From the NCBI GenBank assembly GCA_054661495.1, contig BAAFSQ010000008.1:60001-92000 (forward strand): a DNA stretch of 32,000 nt. Direction: 5' to 3'. Positions 1-12,186 of this stretch are shown in pieces. The stretch is from Zygophlyctis sp. KS116 (Eukaryota; Fungi; Chytridiomycota). The notes below the pieces were generated by a model. The model had not been told where the DNA came from and did no database searches. It was given only the letters and a program-made list of their open reading frames with translations. The first letter of the stretch is position 1. Each line of letters opens with the position of its first letter. A program made the position numbers and the translations under genes.

Positions 1-3000
1 AATAACCAAAATTAATATCATCCACTAGAGTGTCCGAGATATCAGTACAGCGAAGATAACCCGATAATACCCCATAAAATTCAAAATTAATTTGAACCTG
101 CGTTCGATCTTCTGTACATTCAATAAAAAGGGAGTGATATTGTTTTCCTTTTTGATTTGGAAGCAAGTCCACCATAATCTTAAGAGAGGACTGCGGAGCA
201 ATTGATCCATATTCAGTTTTGAATGTAAAAATACTAGGCGTATCAGGCTTTAAAACTTTAAAACTTTTTTCTATCACTCCATCATTGCGGATGGTAAAGT
301 AGCATTGTCTAAGTGTATTGATTTCGAGCTTTCCAAGATTGATGACGGAAAGATCTGCTGCAAAAGATCCTACAGGAGAATTCAAAGAAGGAATATCATC
401 TATCTTACTAGGAGCTGACATTGATGGAGTGGTAGAATCTTTAAGATTTGCTACTGAAGGTTCATTGCCTTGAGATAATAACATATGATAGTTGAAATGA
501 TCAAAACACACTACGCAATGAAAACTGACCTTTTTAATCAAATCTGAATTCTTATATTCTTGTACATAAATTGTTCCAGAGATATTTTTTGACGGATGAG
601 GAGATTCCTAGTAACGTCAAAAATATTATTAATACCGAAGAAATCAATCCGCTATTTATAGCTCTAAATGATACCAGGACTGTTCGAATAGACCTCGGTT
701 GAATCGAGAAAATAATGCTAGAGTTCGTCTTTTTTGTCCTGAAAGAGTTGATCCTACTTTCTATCCGGAGGCTTGATGATTGATCCGATCCTGCCGGCAA
801 ATGAGTGTAGTCAAATTCATAATCATCTCCTACCAATCCACTCCTCAATCTGTCAATTTTGTCAGTAATCTTTTTCATCTTGTCTTTGCGCCCCTTCCTT
901 CGGGCTATCTTAAGTTTTTGTTCCAAATTTTCTATTTGCTCTTCTACCTCTTTTGAAAGTATTGTAAGTTTTCGAAAGGTTTTACTACTTTTGGAGCTAT
1001 TCATTGAGTCCACATTGTCATTTTCTGACATTTCAAACTCGACTTCGCCTTCTAGGCCGCACTCTAACATTTCGGAAGGATTGAACTTGACCTCCATAAG
1101 CCGTGCATGTTTAGAGCTTGAGTTTGAGATGGTAATCTGCTGTACATGTGATGCCTTTTCATTAATCAAACAAACACCAAAATCAATGTCAAGACTTTCG
1201 ATAAAAAATGGAGTCGCCTTTCTCACGTTAGCCTTGATTGTGAGAACTTGATTGAAGTTATTATCGAGAACGTTTTCAATTATAAGTTTTTCATTGAATG
1301 CGCCAGATAGAGATGGCTCAAAAATAAATACTACTTCTTTTTTTCCGTACCCCCTAATGATTCCATTCTTATCATCTCCGAGCATTATATCTCCAGAAGA
1401 TATGGATCCTGATTTTTTTATATTGTAATACAATGGAACTTCAGCGTTGTTTCTGATTAGTATGGTCTTTGAACGTTTTTCATTTTTCTCTACAAGTCCA
1501 AAATTAATATGTTTCTGCCCCAATTCCATTACCGACCTGCAAATAGATGAGCGTATTAACAGTTCGCGAACAGGGATTTCAATTTTTCCAAAATTTGAAA
1601 CCGATTGCTTTTGTATCGCCTGATCAAACTCTATCAACTTGATAGAAAGTTTGAAATCATGCTTTTTTAACTTACCCTGACAAATAAGAAAAATAAACTA
1701 TACCTGAATATATGGTTTATCCGACCCATCAGGAGTAAAAATTACATAAATATTCTTTTGTGATTCTGGTGCAATTTCCAATGTTGATACCGGTTTCAAA
1801 AGCTGACCTTCTAACGCTTTCTGTAGTTCATGTAGCAGCAGAATCTTCAACAATACTGAACTCGCCTCGAAAAATGCTTTAGGGTATGTGCTGTTAGTAG
1901 CGTTGCCATTGCTGTCCAATAATACAAGTGCTAATTCCAGAGGATCTTTACAGGCCCTATACATTTCTACTAAATCGTCTTCATTCATGTATTCACTACG
2001 CAATCCTGTTTTGTGTTCATTTGGCTCATTAATAAACAAATCTCGTGAGGAGTAGTGAGATCCTGTTTTTCCGTCTAAATATTTAAGAGAAGATACTGGT
2101 TTTAACTCAAAGCTTTCGCCTAGCTTGAAATGAGTTTTAGAGCTAGCACTTCTTTTCTAGCCTGTAAAAACAATCTAACCTACCTTTAACTTAAGGTCTC
2201 TAATTGAAGAGGCTAAATCCAGATATTCACTACCGCCCACTGGCGATTCTGATGCTGAGTCGGCCATGCTCCGTGTACGACTTAAGCCCATAAAATGAGT
2301 TTTGGATGACACTTTATTTGACATGAGCAAATTTCCATTTTCTGCGGGTAACCGAGATACTTTTTTCCTGTCACTAATCGATTGAAGAAGATCACGGTTC
2401 AGCGAGACCCCTCCAGTAATTCGTGATTCTTGCGTGCTAAAATTCTTTTCATAAATTTTCAGCTCAGACGGATTAGAAGAAGTTATTTGAAGAATTAAGC
2501 GAGATTTGCTAATATTTTCGATGAAGAAGCCTTTAACAGATGGGCAGTTGAGAACTGAAGACCCAAGATCTAAATAGTTTGATGAAGAAGGAGTGATCAA
2601 TCGATAAAATAGAGAGTGGTAACTTAGCTGATGCTCATCAATGTTTGTTGAAATGGCCTGAATAACTTGATCATTGTCTCGATTCAGAAGATTTACTACC
2701 GTTATTTGTTTTCGATAATCAGCATTTACTTTGCGGGCATAAATATCTACCTTGACTTCGATTGATTGATTTGGAGGAATAAAAAGTTCTCCTTTGTAAA
2801 TATTCAAAACCTTTGAAACATATCGTATTTCAACTCTGGCAGCCAGATCCGAAACATTAGAAATTTTCAATGGAAGCGATTTTAGAGTACCAATATTAGT
2901 TTCACCAAAGTTTAATTCCTTTGGTGAGACTTCAATTACCGATGTACATGCTCTAGATAAACATTGAATAATTTTCTTTTCCTTTAAGGGAGAGCCCGAA

Positions 3001-4505
3001 GATGAATATGCAAGGGTAATTCTAAATGATTTCGATACCAATTTTCCCGATAAATAATCAAATGATGAAGATTCTTTCATGGGGCGATACAATACCTCTA
3101 CTGTACGTTCAGCTCCAGGTTTTATATTGATTTCTTCAATCTTTGTGAATTCATTTTCATATCCCTCATTAAAAGCATCCGTAGCCTCATCAGCCAGAGT
3201 GCCTTTTCCTAAAACATCAAATGTATTGAATGATCCACGTGAGCTTAGTATTTCTGACCCCCTGCGAGAATTTGAGACTGGTGTAGAAGCACGGGAACTC
3301 ATCATACTCTCCAAATCTGTTGTAAGAGAGTCTATACTAGACATATCAGTCATTTTGTCTAATAAATATATAGCCTTTGAGTCTAAACTTGACATTGAGT
3401 TTGACAAGAGTTCATCTGTTTTTAATTGAAAGACTATAGACTGCTCGTCCGATGCAAACTTAACATCCAAATGTGAATCTGAAATATTTTTCAAAACCAA
3501 TTTCTGCCTGCTGACTATCCCAGAACAACAATCACCAAAATCCAACGTAGATCCACTACTAACTACCAAAGACTCTTCTTTTAAAATTGATCTAACCATT
3601 GCATGAATATGAGTTTTTATAGTATTTGAAGAATCACTAGCATTTTCAATTTGAAGATTGTAATCAAATTCACCAACTTCTGCTGGTTTAAAAATAATTC
3701 GAATTCTTAGAGGAGAATAAGCTGGAACATGATTTTGATCTAAAACTTCTCCAGTATCATAATCACAAAACACCAATTGACTAGAATGTTTCTGATTTGA
3801 TAAATCTATAGTATTTAAAACAAAAAACAGTTCAATTTCTGATCTATTCCAAATAGTAAAGTCCTTAAAGTAAGTTCCTCCTACTACACAATCCTCAAAA
3901 TTGAGCCCACCTGGCATATCCATTCCTAGTAATGTTTTACATACTCTTGATCTAAATTTAACAGACACCTAAAATTATTTTTACTATAATACCTGATAGT
4001 CTGGAATATTTTCTGGACTTTTTGAAGATTCTTGAGAGCTAGACTCTTCTAAATCTTTAGTTTTGTATACAAAAAAGAATAATAGTCCATTAATTTCAAA
4101 AAAATCCAACAAGTCTTCATTTTTCTTGGTGATTTCTGGTAAAAAAGAGAGAATAAGTTTAGCAGATGAATGTGGTTCTAGTAGAATAGAATCTACATGA
4201 TTTACATAATTAAATAATTGATTGAAAAGATTCCCTGTAACATTATTTTTATCTTTTTGAGAGTTTAAAGAAGACATGACAGTATTAGTGACAAGATATT
4301 CCTGTACATCATTTTCCAGCAAGTTTTCATTTGAGACCTGAAAAGCAATTTGATTGCCTAAATTTGATTTCAATTTTACCAGGATTTGTGAGTCTGAGGG
4401 ATTCGTTAAGCTGAATCTATGAAGAGCATGAAGTCCGTTTAGATATATGGAATCAAATACAAGCTTATTGTTGGGTATTGAGAGTTTTAGCAGTTCTATT
4501 TCCAT
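1..4505 (-). CDS. Large multi Ig-like (ASH/PapD-like) domain protein; 3' end runs off the window
   Basis: ATG at 4505. Removing introns 3969-3992, 2157-2183, 1677-1703 and 608-635 joins the ORF-track pieces into one frame that stays open to base 1. Repeated 'L(D/N)FG.C...K.(F/I).I.N.S' beta-sandwich starts (LNFEDCVVG, LDFGDCCSG, LNFGETNIG, INFGLVEK, IDFGVCLIN). Confidence 0.75.
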
Positions 4506-4596
4506 TAAAAAGTAGAAACAAACGTCAAACGTAAGGTTGAAGTGATGTAATTGGTTTAATATTTGCTTCTTATACGCTTATAATTGCCACGACTCT

Positions 4597-4648
4597 TAGG
4601 ACCCATAGTAGGACCCATAGTAGGACCCATAGTAGGACCCATAGTAGG
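4597..4648. repeat. Tandem repeat (TAGGACCCATAG)x4 plus partial copy, in a divergent intergenic region
   Basis: Exact 12-nt units at 4597, 4609, 4621 and 4633, then TAGG. Confidence 0.95.
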
Positions 4649-4701
4649 CTATAGAACAACACCAATGGTTGTGTTGGCACATCAGGGTTAGAGTTAAAAA
4701 A

Positions 4702-6143
4702 ATGCAACGGCAAATGATGCAAACTCCAATGTCTGGAATGCCTGGTATGCCTGGAATGTCTGGTATGTCTGGTATGTCTGGGGGACAAATGAGACAAGGG
4801 CCTGGAGGATCAATGGCACAAGGAGGATCCATGCCGGGGGGACAAGGGATGATGAGACCGCCAATGACTAGACAGGCAATGCCCAACAAGAGGAAAAGAC
4901 CGACAGACAAAATACTCTCAAAGAAATTGGAAGATTATGTTCCAGAAGCAAAATTATATAATCAAATGATTGAATTTGAGAAAAAGTTGGATTCGACAAT
5001 TACTAGGAAAATATTGGATTTACAAGACTCGCTAGCAAAACCAGAGGTATTTAATTTGTCTAAAAAGAAAGCCAATTAAAAAAACTCTGCGAATATTTTT
5101 ATCAAATTTATCTGCTAATCAGTATGATTTTGAACCTGGAGAGGAAATGACTGATCTTTCGGCGTCTTTAGATGCTATTCAGGATAGTATTCCTTCTTGG
5201 ACACTGCGGATTCAAGGGAAGATGATTGATGTAATTTTTAAATTCTTTAAATGATTTATAGCCTCCAAATGCGAGAAAATTGTCTGGGCATCCTCCCAAA
5301 TTTTCAAATTTTATAAAGAAAATTATTATTGAACTTAAAAGAGATGAAGAAATTTATCCTCTGGGAAATACAATAGAATGGGAAAAGAGGCCAGGAGATC
5401 CAGAAGCTGATGGGTTTGAAGTTAAAAGACAAGGAGACTCTGATACTCCAGTCAGGATTCTAGTATATCTAGATAGACATCCTGAAAAATTTAAACTTTC
5501 TCCAACTCTAGGACATTTACTAGATATACAAATGGATACAATGTCAAATGTTTTACTTTCTATTTGGCAATACGTAAAAGTAAATAAACTGCTGGATCCA
5601 GAAGACTCTAGATGTATTAACTGTGATGAACCTTTGGCAGCTGTATTTATTTATTTACTAATTTTCAAGATTTTTGGAACTCAAAAAGTTATGTTTTCAT
5701 ACCTTCCAGAATTATTGGCTCGTCATCTTCTTCCCTGTGACCCTATTGTACTTGATTATGTTATAAAAGTTGATAAAGAACATCATTATTCTAATACTGC
5801 ATTTGATATTGATGTAGAATTGGAAAATCCTATTAGGGATAGAATTAAAATGATTACACAGAGACATGGTGTTTTACAACGTGAATTATCAGTTTTGGAT
5901 GAACAAATTTCTGCTCTTATTCAGTCTATTCATGAATCTAAATCTAAACGTGATTTTATGAAATCTTTTTCAACTGATCCTATAAACTTTTTAAATTCCT
6001 GGATTGGATCTCAGTCTAGGGACTTGGAAGTTGTTTTAGGAGATGCAAAACTTAATAGGGAGGAAGTCGAACATTCTGAATTCTGGACTAGAGACAGGAT
6101 AAAGGAAAGTCTGTTTCATTATTTGTCAGAGCGTGGTTTGTAA
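4702..6143 (+). CDS. SMARCD: SWI/SNF-RSC complex BAF60/Swp73 subunit (SWIB/MDM2 domain)
   Basis: AAAATG at 4702. Introns 5047-5071, 5231-5261 and 5643-5669. Motifs KKTLRIFLSN, WTLRIQGK, KFSNFIKKIIIEL, DGFEVKRQGD, IWQYVKVNKLLD, SQSRDLEV. Confidence 0.93.
4729..4782 (+). repeat. Coding 9-nt repeat ATG(T/C)CTGGN x6 encoding M(S/P)G
   Basis: Read directly in the BAF60 N-terminal low-complexity region. Confidence 0.85.
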
Positions 6144-6256
6144 GAAATCTCGCAAGTAAATCTGTTGATGTTTAAGCCGTTTAATGAGTCGTATAACCAA
6201 AATCTTAACTTTAAGTTCCTACGCCTATTTTAACGTTTTCTCTTACAAGTCTCAGT

Positions 6257-7518
6257 ATGGAAATTCTCAACCAAAACTTTAAACGGACTAGCCAACATTT
6301 TCTATTGAATGATCAGTCAAGATTTATAGACTATGAATCACAAAAGCTTAAAATGTCTGTTAAAATCAAGGATGAATTTCAAGCGCCAACAGAGAAATTA
6401 GAGAAATTTAAAGAAATTCAAGAGTCTAATGCTCTGATTAAAAGAGAGCAAGAGGCCCCAAAAATTTCAAATTCTTTAGTAAAGATCAAAAAGGAAAGAC
6501 AATTACAAAAACCTGAATGGCATCCTCCATGGAAATTATTCAGAGTAATTTCAGGACACTTGGGATGGGTGAGATCAGTCGCTGTAGATGTTGGAAATGA
6601 ATGGTTTGCGACTGGTGCGGGAGATCGAATGATTAAGATTTGGGATTTGGCTACTGGAACTCTTAAACTATCTTTAACTGGTCATATTAATACAGTCAGA
6701 GGATTAGCTATAAGTCCAAGACATCCTTATCTTTTCTCTGCTGGGGAAGATAAAATGGTCAAATGTTGGGATTTAGAGACTAACAAGGTTATAAGACATT
6801 ATCATGGTCATTTATCAGGAGTTTTTTGTTTAGATATACATCCTACATTAGATATTATTGTTACTGGTGGTAGAGATTCTTGTGCAAGAGTATTTTTTTT
6901 AAAACTTACAATAACTAGGTATGGGATATTCGTACAAAATCTCAAATTTTTGCTTTAACAGGACATCAATCTACAGTCGCAAGTGTTAAAACTCAAGAGG
7001 GAGATCCTCAAATTATTACTTCTTCCAATGATTCTACAATAAAATTATGGGATTTAGCAGCTGGAAAATGTAGAACTACTCTAACTCATCATAAAAAATC
7101 TGTACGTGCTTTAGCAATACATCCAAGAGAATTTACTTTTGCTTCTGGATCACCTGATAATATTAAAACTTGGACTTGTCCTCAAGGAAACTTTATACAA
7201 AATGCATCTGGTCATAATGCAATTATAAATACTCTTAGTATAAATCAAGATGGAGTTATGGTATCTGGAGGAGATAATGGATCTATTAAATTTTGGGATT
7301 TTAAAACTGCTACATGTTTCCAATCTCTTGATACTATAGTACAACCTGGCTCTATGGAATCTGAAGCTGGTATATTCTGTTCTACTTTTGACAAAACTGG
7401 AACTAGACTTATTACAGGTGAAGCAGATAAAACTATAAAGATTTGGAAGCAGGACGAGACTGCAACTGAAGAGACACATCCTGTAGTTTGGAAGCCTGGG
7501 TTTATGAAACGAGGATAA
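6257..7518 (+). CDS. PRP46: Pre-mRNA splicing factor Prp46/PLRG1 (WD40, NTC/Prp19 complex)
   Basis: [24 protein letters not shown] repeats, C-terminal [31 protein letters not shown]. Intron 6890-6918 restores DSCAR|VWDIRTK. Confidence 0.96.
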
Positions 7519-7594
7519 TTTACAATTATGTACCAAGTGAGAATTATAGTGAGAATTGAGATTTTGTGGTTTAGGAACAACTTAAGTCTCTAAA

Positions 7595-9442
7595 ATGTAC
7601 AAGAAACCAAGAGTTGAGGACTATGACAGCCATTTCGAACAATTGAAATTAGATAAATTAGAAAGCGATCGACAGTATTTATTCTCAAAAGTAGAAAATC
7701 TTCAGGAAATCATTGAACAAGAAAGGAAAACTCAGATTTCATTAAAGGAAGAACATGCTCATAAAGTGTCTGACTTTCTAAAGGAAAAAAATCAATTGTT
7801 GAATTCAATGACAGAATTGCAAATAAAATTTAAAAATTCTAGCCAAAAAAAGGACTTGAAAATTCAAGAATTACAGGCTAAAACCGATGCTTTTCAAAAT
7901 TATATTTCAGATTTAGAAAGGAAAATTCAGGAAAATCTACAATCTTCTAAATCTAAAAATGAAATTATGGACTTTGAAATGCAAAAGGAAATTTTAAATT
8001 TACAAAATCTGACAAAAAAGGAGGAAAATGTACTATTAAAACAATTATCACAAAATTTAAATCATGTGGCAAAGCTGGAAAAAGAAATCTCTCATCTGAA
8101 AAAGGAAATTGATCATTACAAAACTTTGGATTTGAATTTATTCAAGAAGCAGGAAGAAATTTCATCGTTAAATAATCAAATTGCACAGTTATCAAGTTTG
8201 AGAGGGGAATTGGCTGCTGTTCAGGCAGAAAAGGGACTTTTATTGCAAGAAAAGGCAAGATGGTCTAAATTTTGCGAAGAAGAGGATGGAATTGTGGATC
8301 CTGTTACGCTTACAAGGTCTTTGGCGCAATGTAGATTAGAATCTGCACAATTGAAGCAAGAGTTGGGAGAAGCAAGAACAGAAAAGGCTGGTAGACAAGG
8401 GTATATTACACGATTAGAACAAGATTTACAAGATTTATCTCAAAAACTACAAGATTTAGAGTCTTTCAGCCAACATTTACAAAAACACTTGAAAATTCAA
8501 GAGAGAGGGAAAAAATTGGCTCATAGAGAAACAGAGTTTTTAAGAACTCAGCTTGTACGATTGAGAATTTTAAACTTTAGGAAAGTTTCGATTTAGAACA
8601 AGATTTAGTTGGGAATGGGTTCGATGATAAGAAAGTAAAGAGAATAAAAGAACTCGAGGAACTTTTAGACAATTATAAAGAAGAGATGAATTCTTTGGTT
8701 TTAAATACGGAAATTAAGACCGAACAAGTTGTACATACTGAAGACATTCATTCAACATTGGTGTCTCAAAAAATATCTGAGTTAAAGAATGGTAAAATAC
8801 CTGTTAATTTATTACAGAAATTTCCGTGCTCAAAGTAGAAAAAGGTATGTTAGAAAAACAAACCAGTTCATTTGAAGCTCAGTTGCATGAGCTCCAAAGA
8901 GCTCTTGGAAGAGGAGAAGCTGATTTTTCGGAACAAAGAGTAAGAATCTAGAATTTTATGGAAAGGTTTTGATGCTCAAAGAAAATCCAAGCTCGCATGC
9001 AGATCAAGCTAGATATGAGGAACTACTAGCGTTACGTTCTGAAAACGAAGCTTTAAGATCCTCTATATCAACTATACCTACAGAAAGTGTGAAAGTCTTT
9101 GAAATGAAAATTTCAGAGCTACAACAAGACCTTTTTACAAAAGAAAAGAGAATGATACGCCTAAAGGAGGTTTTGAATGCACAAGTCCAAGAATTTAGAG
9201 CTTCTATATGTACTATATTAGGCTTTAAAGTTGACATGCAGCCTCAAGGAAAACTAAAACTTTCATCAATCTATTCAACAAAATGGACTATGGAATTTGA
9301 CACTCATGGCAACTTTTTAGGTTTCTCTGGAGCTGGTTCTACTGAAAGACTTCAAGAAGGAGTTTCTAAATATTTAGAAAGATCACATATCCCAGCCTTC
9401 ATGGCTTGGCTAACTCTTCATTTATTTGAATCATCTGATTGA
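7595..9442 (+). CDS. MAD1: Spindle assembly checkpoint protein Mad1
   Basis: Long coiled coil. Introns 8555-8580, 8792-8817 and 8940-8965. Mad2-binding-like segment R|VLMLKENP, RLKEV motif, FRASICTILGFKVD and C-terminal IPAFMAWLTLHLF. Confidence 0.9.
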
Positions 9443-10344
9443 AGCTTTAGTGTTTAATAATGCCATATTTTTAATTTTCAGTTGATTTGCTTGATGCAAT
9501 AACTTTAAATTTTCAGAGACTTTTGGCTGTAAGAACATGCATTCTTCATTAATTTGATCCAAGTTATCCTTACATAATGACATATCCTTTTCAAAGTTTG
9601 AGGAAACACTAGAGAGACAATCATTAATTTCTTTTAAAATATTCTCAAGTTCTCCTAGAAAATCATTTTTACTTTGGTTACCTTGACTATTAACAAACGC
9701 ATTTTCCAACTCTATCTGATTAATTCTAGCCCCTATTTCAGCCGTATAATCATCATACAGATCAAGAAATCGAGTATTTAATGATGAATTAATACGTAAA
9801 ATACTTGATAAAGCACTTTTTAAATTATCTACATCCCCTTCTAGATTAGATTGCTTTTGAGCCAGATCTTCTTTCTCGTAGAGTTGTTCATGTAACATCA
9901 CAACTTGTCCGGACAGATTAATCAATGCACTCTAAATTTTAGTCCAAAACAATACATCTTGTTCCTTTCGGTAATCCTCTAAAGAGAGCAACGTCTGCTG
10001 ATTTAGATAAACCCAAGCCAGTCGTTCAGTTTCCACTTGCATATTATTTAAACCAGAATTCCTGCTTCCGGACAATCTTCCTAGAGACTGATTTTGTGTA
10101 CTTGAAGCTCCTGTATATTTTCCATCAGTCCTCGATTTATAAACAGTCGCTGTTTGATTGGTTGGGGACTTTTGCGTATTAGTATTGAGCTCTGAGAGTT
10201 GTTTTCTAGGTAACGCAGTCTGATTATGATTTTCTTCTGATTTCTTGCAAGTTGTAGAACTATTAGACTGTGATAGATATCTAGACCCAACAACTCTTCC
10301 TATGCATTGGACTAGTGATAAAACTCACCACTTTTCTTTGACAT
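9431..10344 (-). CDS. Coiled-coil protein, putative augmin subunit HAUS8/Hice1-like
   Basis: AAAATG at 10344. Introns 10300-10328 and 9932-9955 give MSKKSG|RVVGSRYLSQ, a basic Ser-rich N-terminus and a helical C-terminus. RVxxSRYL resembles the HAUS8/QWRF N-terminal motif (from memory). Confidence 0.6.
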
Positions 10345-10357
10345 TTTAAAAATCAAA

Positions 10358-10837
10358 ATGGAAATTCGCCAACGAAAGACCAATACTCTTCATACCGAGA
10401 ATGAAACTCTTGATGCTTCAGCCAAAGAGTCTTCAACTAATAAATGGCTTAGAAAATTAGAAACTTTAGCTTGGGTTGCTCTTGCCTATGGAATTGCATA
10501 TTTTACAAAGTTGATAGAAACTGTTGTTGGACTCGATCATGGGTAATGAATTAATACTGAATATAGAATGTCTTTTTACCTTGCAACTGGTTGTGGAAGC
10601 TGTTTTATCATGCTCTTTATATTTGTGGTGTATATCAGACCAATAATAACAGGAAAGCAAGTGGACTTGTCTCAATGGGAATTAGAAACTCCCAAAGCCA
10701 TTTATACAGCAACCTTTTTGGGATTAGTATCATTTCTGTCTACAGTGAAAATGTTGTGGCCAGTATTTCATATTTTTTCTTTTCCTATAGTGATTCTTGA
10801 ACTTGCAGGATTGATTGCATTCATTGGATTATTTTGA
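10358..10837 (+). CDS. TMEM128-like four-TM membrane protein
   Basis: Two ORF pieces joined by intron 10543-10566. Four hydrophobic helices, with W..P.AI..AT..G and LWPVF segments. Confidence 0.65.
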
Positions 10838-10846
10838 TTATAGATT

Positions 10847-11345
10847 TCAAGATTTAGATTGTGAATCAAGAATAATTGTAACTGGTCCATCATTGATTAA
10901 TTCTACTTGCATCATTGCCCCAAATTCACCATCTTTGATTTTTGGGTAAATTTCCTTGAGTTGATTTAGAAAACACGAGTATAGCTCTGCTGCATCTAGA
11001 GTTTTCATTGAGTTGTGGAAATCAGGTTTAGATCCTAATCCTTGAGAAGTCACACCTTACCCTTATTACAAGATGCGTAGAGAGTGAATTGACTCACTGA
11101 AAGAATTTCATAATTTAAATCTACTACACTTGCAGACCATGGTTTATCATTGGAGTCAAAGACTCTTAATTTCACTATTTTATTAATCCTAAAATTATAA
11201 TATAAAATTACATCCATTTGATATCTTGATCAGTATCAGTTCTAGAGAGTCCTACTAGTAAACAAATTCCAGGACCAATTTTTGAGATTACTTTTTCAGA
11301 GACTGTAACAGATGCACTTTTTACTCTTTGGACGATAACTCGCAT
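10847..11345 (-). CDS. DTD1: D-aminoacyl-tRNA deacylase
   Basis: MRVIVQRVKSASV..., SQFTL, KG|SKPDFH, FGAMMQVELINDGPVT. Introns 11189-11211 and 11035-11060. Confidence 0.96.
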
Positions 11346-11437
11346 TTTAGATCTAGGTCTGGGTTTGAAACGTCATTTGAATTTGCACAATGTAAAATGC
11401 TAAACAATGCATTGTCTTTAAAATTATTATTCTTGCG

Positions 11438-12008
11438 ATGATTGCTATTTTATTCTTTGGATTCTTTTTTAACTTTATTACGGCTTCAGTCTGCTCTCCT
11501 CAAGACTTTCTAGTTCCTGTTACTTTTCCTATAAAAATGATTCTTGATTCTAAATCCACACCTATAAGAGCTGCTGGTAATATCACAATTATTGATGGAT
11601 GCACTGTAAGATTATAGAAAAATTAACATAAAGTTTATGGTTTCAGATTTCACATTGATCAATTCTGGAGTTACAAAATGGTTTGGAGCAAAGACAAAGT
11701 CTGTAGAACCTTTTCTAGTGTCGGATGAGTACGTAAATGCATTTGTTTCTGGAGGATCTCAGGTATTTAAGTTGAAAAGTATTGGTAAATCTGCAGTTTC
11801 TTTCAAGGACTTTAATGAATTTCGTCTGATGGATATTGGAAAAAATGAGTTGATTGCAATTGCAATGATTCCAAAATCTAGCGAGAATAATCAAATTTAT
11901 GTTGCAAATACAGTCAATTCTACTGTAAATTCAGCATCAAGTGGGAAATCATCAAATGGAATGATGTCTATTCTTTTTTGTGTACTTTTACATGCTTTAC
12001 AGTTTTAA
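11438..12008 (+). CDS. Secreted, likely GPI-anchored DM13-like domain protein (paralog A)
   Basis: Signal peptide MIAILFFGFFFNFITA. GNITIIDGCT|FMVSDFTL...KWFG after intron 11606-11633. Ser-rich linker and hydrophobic C-terminus. Confidence 0.7.
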
Positions 12009-12186
12009 ATTCAAAGAATTATCATTTGAAGACAAATTTACTCATCCTTTTTAAGAGAAATCTATTCATCCAGCTACTTCTTTGAAAACTATGACGCAAT
12101 TAAAGACTAGATTGATCTGGTCAACGTCACTCACTTTGAAATTGTGATGAACAATGGGAAGTACTTGAGATGACGTACATCAAAAA

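Noticed and set aside
859-3429. Plus-strand ORFs 859-1251 and 3079-3429, and similar shadow ORFs (7150-7580, 9004-9237, 13466-13792, 15648-16873, 24008-24286, 28160-28630, 29690-29935)
   Set aside because: They are antisense or off-frame to well-supported genes and have no recognisable motifs.
4597-4648. CRISPR array or telomeric repeat
   Set aside because: The units are contiguous with no spacers, there are no cas genes, the context is eukaryotic, and the array is internal with only four copies.
4570-4910. Minus-strand ORFs with (YYGS)4, (LWVL)4 and PDI repeats as RiPP/KEP precursors
   Set aside because: They are antisense shadows of the BAF60 M(S/P)G repeat and the minisatellite. There are no KR processing sites, no nearby DUF3328 enzyme, and the longer ORF starts at TTG.
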